This document shows positions 18,701-26,261 of a DNA stretch of 54,420 nucleotides, in pieces. The stretch is from a virus. Lineage: Duplodnaviria; Caudoviricetes. The stretch is from positions 1 to 54,420 of IMG/VR virus record IMGVR_UViG_3300030085_003649. One strand, given 5' to 3'. The notes below the pieces were generated by a model, which saw only the letters and a program-made list of their open reading frames with translations, was not told the origin of the DNA and made no database searches. Made by a program: the position numbers and the translations under genes. Position 1 is the stretch's first letter. Each line of letters begins with the position of its first letter.

Positions 18701-21649
18701 GTTTTGACTATACTTATCAGAAGCAAATTGAGACAGTGTTGGAGATACAGATGACTTCAGAACACTGATGTGGTAAATACCATCCTGTTCATTAGGGACA
18801 TGCTGTTTAATAGTCTCTGTTCTGTAAATGTTGTATGTGTCCTTATACCTCTTTCTCTTGAAGAAAGGTAGAGAATCAACCTCTCTTGTAGAGGTACTAT
18901 TCTGGAAAGTGCCAGGATTTCTAGACAAACCAACAGTAAATGCGTTGGTGCTAGTAATACCCGTAACAGTATAAGAATCGTTAAATCCTGAGGTTCCAAT
19001 ACCAGTAGTGTTGTTGGAACTCTTGACATTTACAATTTCAACAGAAGATCCGACATTCAAATCGTGAGGTAACTCAGTGCTGAAGGTAACGACTTTTGTC
19101 GATCCATTGTAATCAGCATTTGAAATAAATCGGAAGTTTCTCTGGTCAACAGAAGATGTCAACGTGGTTTGAGAAATCTCAGAGTCGGTGGTTCCAGTAT
19201 TGGAAGATTCAGATTCCTGCAACACATAACCATCGATAGGTGGTCGAGCAGAAGATACACCAGCAGGGACAACATATCTGTAACGATATATCTGATCAAT
19301 CAAACTTCTGGTATCAGCAGTTCTATTAACGTAAGATCTTGGAGTGTTAGTTCCAAATGCCGTGGATCCGAATCCAACGATGGTGGGATAAATGGAGTTT
19401 TCGGTTGCAGCAGAAGCAACGTTTACATACCAGTTAGTCTGATCACTATCAAACTGTACTGGGTGTCCAGCCTCTCCAGCTAACTTATCAGATACTCTAC
19501 TTTCTACATTTAATACACCACCAGTGGAGTTGAGAGTAATTTTCTCTCTGTTTACTGCATCATTTAAGGTCTTAGCAACTTGAATTTGGTTATCAGCAAG
19601 AGGAGATCCTACGATAGCAAAGTAAACCGAAGTTTCCTTTGCACCGTCAGGCAAGTGACCATTTTCAGAAATAATTCTGATAGTTTCGCCTTCTAAGAAT
19701 TGGTGATCCTCGGTGAATGTTAAGATCGAATCAGCGTCAATACTGTTAATACCAGCAACACTTCTATTAACCTTCGATTTCTTGGTTCCAGTTCTTTCTA
19801 CGCTTTGATATGCTGTATTATCCATGATAATACGAGCAGAATACTCTTGAGAAGTTCCTGCAGGAGAAAGAAGAACTCTTAATGAATCATTAGAGGCAGC
19901 ACCAACTCGATAACCACCCAAAACAACTTCCGGAGGTGAGTCTTGAGTTACCTCATTATACAAATATAATCTGCTGGTGTTAGCAACTCCAAGAGTCTTA
20001 TTGACATCAATACTAGGAAATTCTAGTGAAATTGGTGTGTTGGTAGCCGTCTTTGGTGGGATAACATGTGTAATATAACCAACATCATCTCTAGTAAATG
20101 GTGCGTTCTTAAATCCTCTAGAGATGAGTGCAATAGAACCAAAGTTTGAGTTGGAGTTGGTGATAGAATAGTCACCACCAGTGTCAGATACAAAGTGTTC
20201 TGCATAACCAATAGCGAACACAGAAACCACCTGCAAGATGGCATCATTAGTTGCATTGATATGGAAGTTTTTCCACTCATTTCTGTGGATTGCTCTAGAA
20301 TCCGTATGAATATTATCAACTGTGGTAGAATCATCAAATGATCCTGTTGTGGAATTATATTTTACAAATGCCCTATCATCTTTTTGTAGTCCGATACCCG
20401 TAAACTGGGCAAGAACCATAGATTTAAATCCAGATGCCTTTGAACCATCTGCCAACAATCCACACATTCCATACACAGATCTCATAGAGATGTTAAAGAT
20501 GTATGGAGATGCAGAAGTTACGGTGTCAACAGAGATTTGCAGAGTTGCACTAGATGGATTCTCTAAAACGGTAGTAGGAGTATTCTGTACGGTATACTGA
20601 ATCTCAGAAGTGCTATTAATAGCACTAACAACATACTGACCATTATATCCAGACGCACTGACACCATCAATAATAATAGGAGTATCTACATCGATTCCAG
20701 GTAGAGGAGAGGCAAGAGTTGCGGTGATAGTTGTAGCAGCACCAGCAAGAGTTCCATCGCCAGCCTTGATACTGGTGATTCCGACTTCACCAACCTTAGA
20801 ACCAACAATTCTGTATTCATCAACCTTAGGTTCAATATCAACACCAGCAAGTGGGAAGTCTGGGGTGATTGGTCTACCAGAACCCTGATCATATACATCA
20901 CCGACTTTCTGATAGTACATCTCAAGATCAGTTCTGTTCGTACTGAAAGTGAGGAAGTCGTCAGAGATGTTTACATTGTTTACACCATCAGCATATTCAA
21001 AACATGCAAGTTTGTGGTGAGAAAAGTTTGGTACGAATCGGTTGAAAGTATAATCCTTAAAACAAACTCCGTTAGGATCGGCATCAAGAATACTGAACTG
21101 CCAAAGATAACATCCACCAGTAAGTCTGAAGAGACAAGATCTAGTTATCTCATCATTCTCAGGGTCTGGAACATACTTAGGTCTAATTACAGTTTTACGA
21201 AGGTCCAATCCAACAATAGAAGTACCTCTAGGAACGATTACGCCACCGTAAATACTGTTAAGAGGATATAAATCGTTGTCTAAACTATTGAGATCGAAGT
21301 TTGAAGTAGGATCAAAAGTAGGTAAGTTTCTACCAGCAACACCATCTCTACTATAGTAAGCAATAGATTCTCCGGAGGGATTATAAGGAATCCATCCAGG
21401 TCTATTGTCTAAGACGTGATCTCCTGGATACAAGAGAATGGTGGTTTTGTTAAACCTATCATTGTTTTCGCCAGCTTGATAAGAGAATCTGGCAGCTTCA
21501 ATTAAAGCTCTTTGAATTGTCTTGAAGGGTCTCGTCAGTGAGTTACCCTGGTTCTCAATAGCATCCGTAGAATCCAGATCATTTGGATTCACATACAAGA
21601 TATTACCACGAACGTTCTTAAGAAAATTATCTAAACGGCTGAGAGACAT
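15788..21649 (-). CDS. very large virion structural/tail fibre-associated protein (1953 aa)
   Basis: N-terminus MSLSRLDNFLKNVRGNILYVNPNDLD...PFKTIQRALIEAARFSY is typical of cyanomyovirus structural proteins. VGIGTT repeats. CTAAATA late promoter at 21683-21689. Confidence 0.85.
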   Translation of the reverse strand: MSLSRLDNFLKNVRGNILYVNPNDLDSTDAIENQGNSLTRPFKTIQRALIEAARFSYQAGENNDRFNKTTILLYPGDHVLDNRPGWIPYNPSGESIAYYSRDGVAGRNLPTFDPTSNFDLNSLDNDLYPLNSIYGGVIVPRGTSIVGLDLRKTVIRPKYVPDPENDEITRSCLFRLTGGCYLWQFSILDADPNGVCFKDYTFNRFVPNFSHHKLACFEYADGVNNVNISDDFLTFSTNRTDLEMYYQKVGDVYDQGSGRPITPDFPLAGVDIEPKVDEYRIVGSKVGEVGITSIKAGDGTLAGAATTITATLASPLPGIDVDTPIIIDGVSASGYNGQYVVSAINSTSEIQYTVQNTPTTVLENPSSATLQISVDTVTSASPYIFNISMRSVYGMCGLLADGSKASGFKSMVLAQFTGIGLQKDDRAFVKYNSTTGSFDDSTTVDNIHTDSRAIHRNEWKNFHINATNDAILQVVSVFAIGYAEHFVSDTGGDYSITNSNSNFGSIALISRGFKNAPFTRDDVGYITHVIPPKTATNTPISLEFPSIDVNKTLGVANTSRLYLYNEVTQDSPPEVVLGGYRVGAASNDSLRVLLSPAGTSQEYSARIIMDNTAYQSVERTGTKKSKVNRSVAGINSIDADSILTFTEDHQFLEGETIRIISENGHLPDGAKETSVYFAIVGSPLADNQIQVAKTLNDAVNREKITLNSTGGVLNVESRVSDKLAGEAGHPVQFDSDQTNWYVNVASAATENSIYPTIVGFGSTAFGTNTPRSYVNRTADTRSLIDQIYRYRYVVPAGVSSARPPIDGYVLQESESSNTGTTDSEISQTTLTSSVDQRNFRFISNADYNGSTKVVTFSTELPHDLNVGSSVEIVNVKSSNNTTGIGTSGFNDSYTVTGITSTNAFTVGLSRNPGTFQNSTSTREVDSLPFFKRKRYKDTYNIYRTETIKQHVPNEQDGIYHISVLKSSVSPTLSQFASDKYSQNLEDLYPQMDRDNPDSDPVATRSYAKSDELAKVVSDDIRRSITRESLDCMLWDSGVGVAVTDIFSTAVGTAHTIFTDVEHKLNGVVAVSIGNSGSGYGSGVSATLHNARLVGASGTIGRSATANITVDAAGGITGVTIIDPGSAYAIGQTMAVTGTATTSGYVEGMVTVTKIDNAIDKVIRVSGVRSDTYNDYNGLFRITGVSTHTKFQVATRETVVTPAVRGMFNEVSDIGTFTIVGDAAKVTDTGIGYDNVAGVATFTTSNAHAFRPGQVVKVVGTGATFLDGDHTVLGVSGITSVALHVGVNTYAPQYSTTKDSQMYIFPRGMSNNSGAITLGNENVGGRMVPTNAGITTTLSGAMATATTTTISITNASSSGLKLGDYIMVDDEIMRVRNTNVTSVFRGLFGTKATTHLTGSVVTKLKPIPIGLRRNSIIRASGHTFEYVGFGPGNYSTALPEKQDRVLTPAESFRSQARRLDGGLVNYTGMNNKGDFYIGNILSLTTGEEFTFNTPISKVVGEEDPQKEEFASSLTPDDVTIAKALKVEGGTDGTSVSIFDGPVNFNEKITSSSARGMEAVNLFLQGNAAVSRKISVGTTTPTINGTPGDITFSSVPSTGQYAGWIFTENNEWRRWGAISDDVSTNKYRFDQVGIGTTSILDTSLFQVNGSGSDVVVVSAAGSVGIGTTNPIADLDVRDVVSIAGSLTASIFYGNGQGLTNLPVDSFWVSNSTGITTGASVGIGTTTVSNLLTIGSTQGTALNTVTVLNNGQSKFIGTVSMIHRANVAGILSANQFDLTASSAGVGTIYAGIVTAATSLSAKDSIFAANGTVGIRTATVRDSAQIDLGGSTRLTTYFEPVVTLTSSSGEVTVDLSKGNTFNLSLTENISFFQITNPPTGSTSFTIKLVQDSTGGRTVGISTFKDSGGNPVSVYWGGGLLPQVTTAANKIDIYTFTTFDSGSTLYGLVSGQNFATAI

Positions 21650-21698
21650 GAGATCTACTTCAGTGATGGTCTTTGCTTATGTTATTTAGACAAATTCT

Positions 21699-22301
21699 TT
21701 ATGATGGATTAAAGAAGCAAGACCAGATGATTTTTTTATATCCAGATGACACCTTAGTTCCTCTATGTATGAAGTGAGGACCGCAAGGAAAAACCAAAAT
21801 AGAATTCTTTTTTGCATCTACACCCAGTTTGTCAAGGAGAAATAGTGTTTTTCCTCCAACAAAATCATCATTCAGGTATAAAATGAAGGCGAGAACTAAA
21901 TCTTTATCAACAGACTTGTCAACGTGCCATTTATATTGTTCGTCTACATCATAACACCTGTAAATATACTCTGAACCCAAAACTCTATCATCACTTATCC
22001 CGGAGTGATATATGTCCCATAAGTAATTATTTTCGGTATATAGATTATACGCTTTAGAAAAAATATCATTGATTAACGTATCTGCTTCTTCTAGTTTTTC
22101 TCTAACATCAGCATCTGGATGATTCTGTGATGTTATAGTTACATTATATGATTTATTATTTCGTACATCATTCTGTTCTATAAAGAGACACTCATTGTCG
22201 TCTCTATAATCATGACACAGTTCTGCTATCCGATCACTTTGTTCGTCGGTACAAATATCAAAATACTGATAAATCTGTGGAGTATGTTTTTCTATTCGCA
22301 T
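21699..22301 (-). CDS. 2OG-Fe(II) oxygenase
   Basis: WHVD, ILYLNDDFVGG.T.F, VFP...F.HRG..V.SG.K motifs. Confidence 0.85.
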   Translation of the reverse strand: MRIEKHTPQIYQYFDICTDEQSDRIAELCHDYRDDNECLFIEQNDVRNNKSYNVTITSQNHPDADVREKLEEADTLINDIFSKAYNLYTENNYLWDIYHSGISDDRVLGSEYIYRCYDVDEQYKWHVDKSVDKDLVLAFILYLNDDFVGGKTLFLLDKLGVDAKKNSILVFPCGPHFIHRGTKVSSGYKKIIWSCFFNPS

Positions 22302-22939
22302 ACAATATTAGCCGCATCTCGATCAAAAATTTCTAAACCTTTATCCGTAAGCATGTGATCATACATTTGATCAAATACTTTAGGTGGCATAGTGCAGATC
22401 TCAGCACCATTATACCATGACCTGATAGCACGTTGCACGCTACGAATAGAAGCAGACAGAACCTGAGTTCTGATTCCATGGATGCGATACAGTTCAGAGA
22501 TAGAACGCACCACTTCTAAACCAGCAACAGATTGATCATCCAAACGACCAACGAAAGGAGACACATAAGTTGCACCAGCCTTTGCAGCAAGAACAGCTTG
22601 AGCAGCACAGAAAATCAATGTGACATTAGTACGAATCTTCTCCTTAGACAATTCTTTGCAAACTTTTAAACCATCACGGGTCATTGGAAGTTTGATTGTA
22701 CTTACACTACCGAACTTATCTACCAATCGAAGTGCTTCATTCAACATAGTCTGAGCATCACCCATGACTTCCATGCTGATGTCTTGTACCCCAATATCTT
22801 TGATTTGTTGATATACCTCTTCAGGATTTCTACCACTCTTCATGATAAGAGTTGGATTCGTCGTAACACCATCTACCAATCCAGTGGCAAAATATTCTTC
22901 AATCAAAGAAGTATCAGCGGTGTCCAAAAAGATTTTCAT
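22292..22939 (-). CDS. talC: transaldolase (TalC/FSA family), auxiliary metabolic gene
   Basis: MKIFLDTAD, GVTTNPTL, IKLP, TNVTLIF and YVSPFVGRLDD motifs. CTAAATA late promoter at 22960-22966. Confidence 0.97.
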   Translation of the reverse strand: MKIFLDTADTSLIEEYFATGLVDGVTTNPTLIMKSGRNPEEVYQQIKDIGVQDISMEVMGDAQTMLNEALRLVDKFGSVSTIKLPMTRDGLKVCKELSKEKIRTNVTLIFCAAQAVLAAKAGATYVSPFVGRLDDQSVAGLEVVRSISELYRIHGIRTQVLSASIRSVQRAIRSWYNGAEICTMPPKVFDQMYDHMLTDKGLEIFDRDAANIVCE

Positions 22940-22962
22940 GGCAATTGTTTAGTTGACGTTAT

Positions 22963-23571
22963 TTAGAAATGATTGCAATACTGAGCATTCAAGAGTTCTG
23001 ATTGAACTAGAAAACTCACTAAAGAGTATTTTTTACCGGATGTGACCGGTTTTGTCATGTGAGGATAGAGATATGAACCAGGGAATATTATACTATCTCC
23101 AACTTCAATATTATAACACATATAATCTAGTTTAGGAAAGATAAGTTCTCCTCCATCGTAATCATCATTCAATTTTGTTATGATGCTGAACGTTGATAAA
23201 TCACAATGTTCTTTAATATCAACAATAGTATCTTTACTATACCTAGCAATGTATGGGTCCAACAAAGAAAAAGCAGGTCTTTGTGGAATTTTATAGAAGG
23301 ATGTAATAGAATTAATTATATAATCATTCAATACTGTAGCAAACTGTCTACAAAATAAAGTGCCAAAATATTCCAGTCTTAAATGATCAACCGTATATGG
23401 TTTTCCAGGACAAGATATTGTAAATTCATCAGATAATTGTTCACAAGTATCTACAATATCTCTACAGTATTCTTCTGAAAAGGTTTTACACTTAAAAATA
23501 TTATCTTTTAATTCTGTGCATTCGCCAACAGATCTATGAAAAGATCTAGACACATCAAAAATTGACATCAA
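22963..23571 (-). CDS. 2OG-Fe(II) oxygenase
   Basis: HCD, LNDDYDGGEL.F and IFP...LYPH...PVTSGKKYSLV motifs. Confidence 0.85.
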   Translation of the reverse strand: MMSIFDVSRSFHRSVGECTELKDNIFKCKTFSEEYCRDIVDTCEQLSDEFTISCPGKPYTVDHLRLEYFGTLFCRQFATVLNDYIINSITSFYKIPQRPAFSLLDPYIARYSKDTIVDIKEHCDLSTFSIITKLNDDYDGGELIFPKLDYMCYNIEVGDSIIFPGSYLYPHMTKPVTSGKKYSLVSFLVQSELLNAQYCNHF

Positions 23572-24020
23572 CCACCATCAATTTGGCACCCAACCATACT
23601 TCCACCAACGATTCCAAGAGGAATCGCCCACAGACGACCATCACCACGGGATAACGCAGCACCTAAACCAGCGCCACCAATTCCACCCAAAACGGCACCT
23701 TCAACGCAAGAATTATCATCTTTTTTACCTCTACCTACATTAGGATACTCTTCTTGATAGTAGTGGTGGTGGTGATGATGATTCCTTCTTCGGCCGCGAC
23801 ATGGGATACGAACTTTATCATAAACATAATCAACTCGACCACGATCATACGGGCCCGTTCCGGGAATATACTCCTCTCGATATACTTCTTTCCAACACTT
23901 TTTCTCTACCCAACCACCATAATGTCTAGTTCTTGGTCCTCCCGCTTCCACTCGGGGAGCGGAAAGGACAGGTAGGACAACCGCTGCCGCAGCAACCAGG
24001 GAAATAATACTTTTTTTCAT
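23568..24020 (-). CDS. secreted glycine-zipper 2TM protein
   Basis: N-terminal signal peptide, a His run, and C-terminal DDNSCVEGAVLGGIGGAGLGAALSRGDGRLWAIPLGIVGG. Confidence 0.75.
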   Translation of the reverse strand: MKKSIISLVAAAAVVLPVLSAPRVEAGGPRTRHYGGWVEKKCWKEVYREEYIPGTGPYDRGRVDYVYDKVRIPCRGRRRNHHHHHHYYQEEYPNVGRGKKDDNSCVEGAVLGGIGGAGLGAALSRGDGRLWAIPLGIVGGSMVGCQIDGG

Positions 24021-24193
24021 TGGTAATCTTCATTAACAGGGTTGTACTTCAAAAACTCATGAAACGTCATCTTCATTTCCCTTAGAGTGAATCCGCAATG
24101 TTTCGCTGCCTTTGGGAGATTCCATTTTGCGTGAAACAATGCTTCGTTCGACTCTCGAACGGAAGTCGGATTGGTAATAGATGCAGATTTCAT
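24017..24193 (-). CDS. conserved small hypothetical protein (58 aa, ...EALFHAKWNLPKAAKHCG...EMKMTF)
   Basis: Translated by hand. ATGA coupling to the downstream gene. Confidence 0.65.
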   Translation of the reverse strand: MKSASITNPTSVRESNEALFHAKWNLPKAAKHCGFTLREMKMTFHEFLKYNPVNEDYQ

Positions 24194-24241
24194 CGTAGAT
24201 TTTGGGAGAATACCGGTTCATGGCGTCTCAGTTACTCCATT

Positions 24242-24270
24242 AATATATAGGAGTTCTCCCCCAATGTCAA
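24242..24270 (-). promoter_or_regulatory. sigma70-type promoter TTGACA-N17-TATATT
   Basis: Perfect -35 box and 17-nt spacer. Confidence 0.7.
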
Positions 24271-24974
24271 GACTGAACCCGTTCACCTGTGACAGGATCT
24301 CGTCTGTCATAGTCCCATCCACCAACCAAGAACCTAGTCTTGTCGCCAGGATAATCATTGGGTGATGTGCCTTCATACTCAACATGAAGTTTCTCATCCG
24401 GATTCAATGGATCAAGATGTCTGGCTGCCCAAATTTCATAGTAACAGTTGATGTTCGCACCATTACCAGATTTAACTTTAACAACCTTACCCCATTCAAC
24501 TCCTTCAACAATAAGATCCTGCGAATATCCAATCTGAGTTAGTGTTACAGTGATGGATTCTGGATCGACAAAACCATCCCAATATTCTGGAAGAACAATT
24601 TTATTAGAATCTTTCAGTTTTCCACGAACGTAAATGCCTGCTTCTGGTCCTTCTGGAATAACATGACGAACTCTCCAACCTGGCTTTTTCAGGTTAGGAA
24701 TATCAAATGCACCTCCAATACTTTTTGCTGAGGTGGCATTTCCCTGCAAATTTCCAATGAATGTGGGACATGTAGTTGTACCAGCACACTCAGTGTTTCC
24801 TTCTACTTCAAGATCTGCCTCAAACAAACCATTTTTCAGGTGGCATGAGATGTCGTTACAACAATCATCCTCTTTTTCGTCTGCTCGACCAAAAGTTTTA
24901 TCCTGTTGCCATACACCTCCACCGCATCCCGCTTCGGGATCTGGATATAATCCTTGGCATCCTCCATGTGGCAT
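24267..24974 (-). CDS. virion/baseplate-associated protein with a FDIP...RH..EGPE..YVRG C-terminal domain
   Basis: Paralogous C-terminal domain shared with 24985-25686. Located downstream of gp5. Confidence 0.7.
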   Translation of the reverse strand: MPHGGCQGLYPDPEAGCGGGVWQQDKTFGRADEKEDDCCNDISCHLKNGLFEADLEVEGNTECAGTTTCPTFIGNLQGNATSAKSIGGAFDIPNLKKPGWRVRHVIPEGPEAGIYVRGKLKDSNKIVLPEYWDGFVDPESITVTLTQIGYSQDLIVEGVEWGKVVKVKSGNGANINCYYEIWAARHLDPLNPDEKLHVEYEGTSPNDYPGDKTRFLVGGWDYDRRDPVTGERVQS

Positions 24975-24984
24975 GATTTACCTC

Positions 24985-25686
24985 CTATTGTCCTACAAAT
25001 TTATCACTTAAAAGATCTTCTGATGGGAAGACATTTGGTTCTCTCGGAGTATCAGCTCTTTCTCCTACAATCGTATAATGACAATTGATTGGAGTTTGAC
25101 TATTAGTCCAAATTACAACCTGAGAGTTATTAATTGATTTCACCCACAAAGTTTGAGGAGCTCCAATCGGAGTTAAATTCACGGTGATGGTATCTTCATG
25201 AACCAACCACATCCATTCTTCTGGAAGGTTAATAACGTTATCCCCAACCAATTTACCACGCACAAAAACATCCTTGGTAGGACCTTCCATGCAAGTATAA
25301 CGAAGTTTATGTCCTGGTTTTGTTTGATGATCAATGACAAAATTACAAGATCCCTTATTGATCGTTGTAATAAATGCCTTTCTAACGTCAATCTTGTCAG
25401 CGACAAGAGTCTTCGTTTTAGTCTCTTGTTCTACCCAGAGATTATCACGGATGTGTTGATCATCCTGAACTTCCATGGCAAAATCACCCTGTTGTTCAGA
25501 ACTTTTATTGACCATGCAAGTTCCTTCCATCAACCCAAAGGCATCAGGGGTTCCCACATGCACACCATTCTCAATGTGAGCACTACCTAAAACTTTTTCT
25601 TCATCACCCTTACCCACAGAGGATGAAGTTGTACCACCAACGATTAGTTGTTTGTGTACCTGTTGGTCATCACTTGTCCAGGCCAT
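24985..25686 (-). CDS. virion/baseplate-associated protein, paralog of 24267-24974
   Basis: FVIDH..KPGHKLRYTCMEGP..DVFVRGKL...I.LPE.W..LV...ITV.LTPIG motif. Confidence 0.7.
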   Translation of the reverse strand: MAWTSDDQQVHKQLIVGGTTSSSVGKGDEEKVLGSAHIENGVHVGTPDAFGLMEGTCMVNKSSEQQGDFAMEVQDDQHIRDNLWVEQETKTKTLVADKIDVRKAFITTINKGSCNFVIDHQTKPGHKLRYTCMEGPTKDVFVRGKLVGDNVINLPEEWMWLVHEDTITVNLTPIGAPQTLWVKSINNSQVVIWTNSQTPINCHYTIVGERADTPREPNVFPSEDLLSDKFVGQ

Positions 25687-26258
25687 TATTCAGATGATCC
25701 TCCAATTTGTGGATTTTGTGTTGTTCCTTTCTTTCCATATTTAGATGATGCAGACTGACAATCTCCATGCAGCCCATACATTTGCATCTTACCTTGAGAT
25801 TTGATATTAACTAGTTGTGCGCTGTTGATTTCTGTTTTTTGGTCACCCGTAATAGAAACGTTTGGTGCCTCAAGTTGAATCTTTTGAGATGCCTTCAAGG
25901 TAATGACACCTTCCTGTCCCTCACCATTTGCTTCGACTGTCACATTTTTTCCAAGAATTTCAACGTCACCAGCCTGACAAGAGAGTGAAAGTTTTCCATT
26001 CTCTACTTGAATTAAGAAAGTAATATCAGGACGTTCTCTATCTTGACCACACTTTATATTGATACCACCTGGTGCTTCGACTGAAGTTTTTCCCTTTCTT
26101 GGATCATCAATGTCCATGAACAAACGATGTCTAGCATCTTGTTTGTTTTGAATATAAACGGCAGCACGAACTTGATCTGGTGAAGTTTCTCCAAAGGAGA
26201 TCCCACCATAATTATTCATCCACCAGTTGGCGAACCAATTAAATAAATTCTTGTCCAT
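25686..26258 (-). CDS. gp5 C-terminal beta-helix-like spike protein
   Basis: Repeating short beta-strand pattern (GDVEILGKNVTVEA, ITLKASQKIQLEAPNVSITG). Immediately downstream of gp5. Confidence 0.5.
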   Translation of the reverse strand: MDKNLFNWFANWWMNNYGGISFGETSPDQVRAAVYIQNKQDARHRLFMDIDDPRKGKTSVEAPGGINIKCGQDRERPDITFLIQVENGKLSLSCQAGDVEILGKNVTVEANGEGQEGVITLKASQKIQLEAPNVSITGDQKTEINSAQLVNIKSQGKMQMYGLHGDCQSASSKYGKKGTTQNPQIGGSSE

Positions 26259-26261
26259 AAG

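Noticed and set aside
8736-21649. Diversity-generating retroelement or invertible cassette in the fibre region
   Set aside because: No reverse transcriptase or recombinase gene, and I saw no near-identical TR/VR pair or inverted crossover sites by eye. A self dot-plot would be needed to exclude this fully.
23760-23781. Poly-His run in the glycine-zipper protein as a metal-binding or engineered tag
   Set aside because: It lies in a low-complexity RRRNHHHHHHYY linker with mixed codons, and there is no further support for a function.
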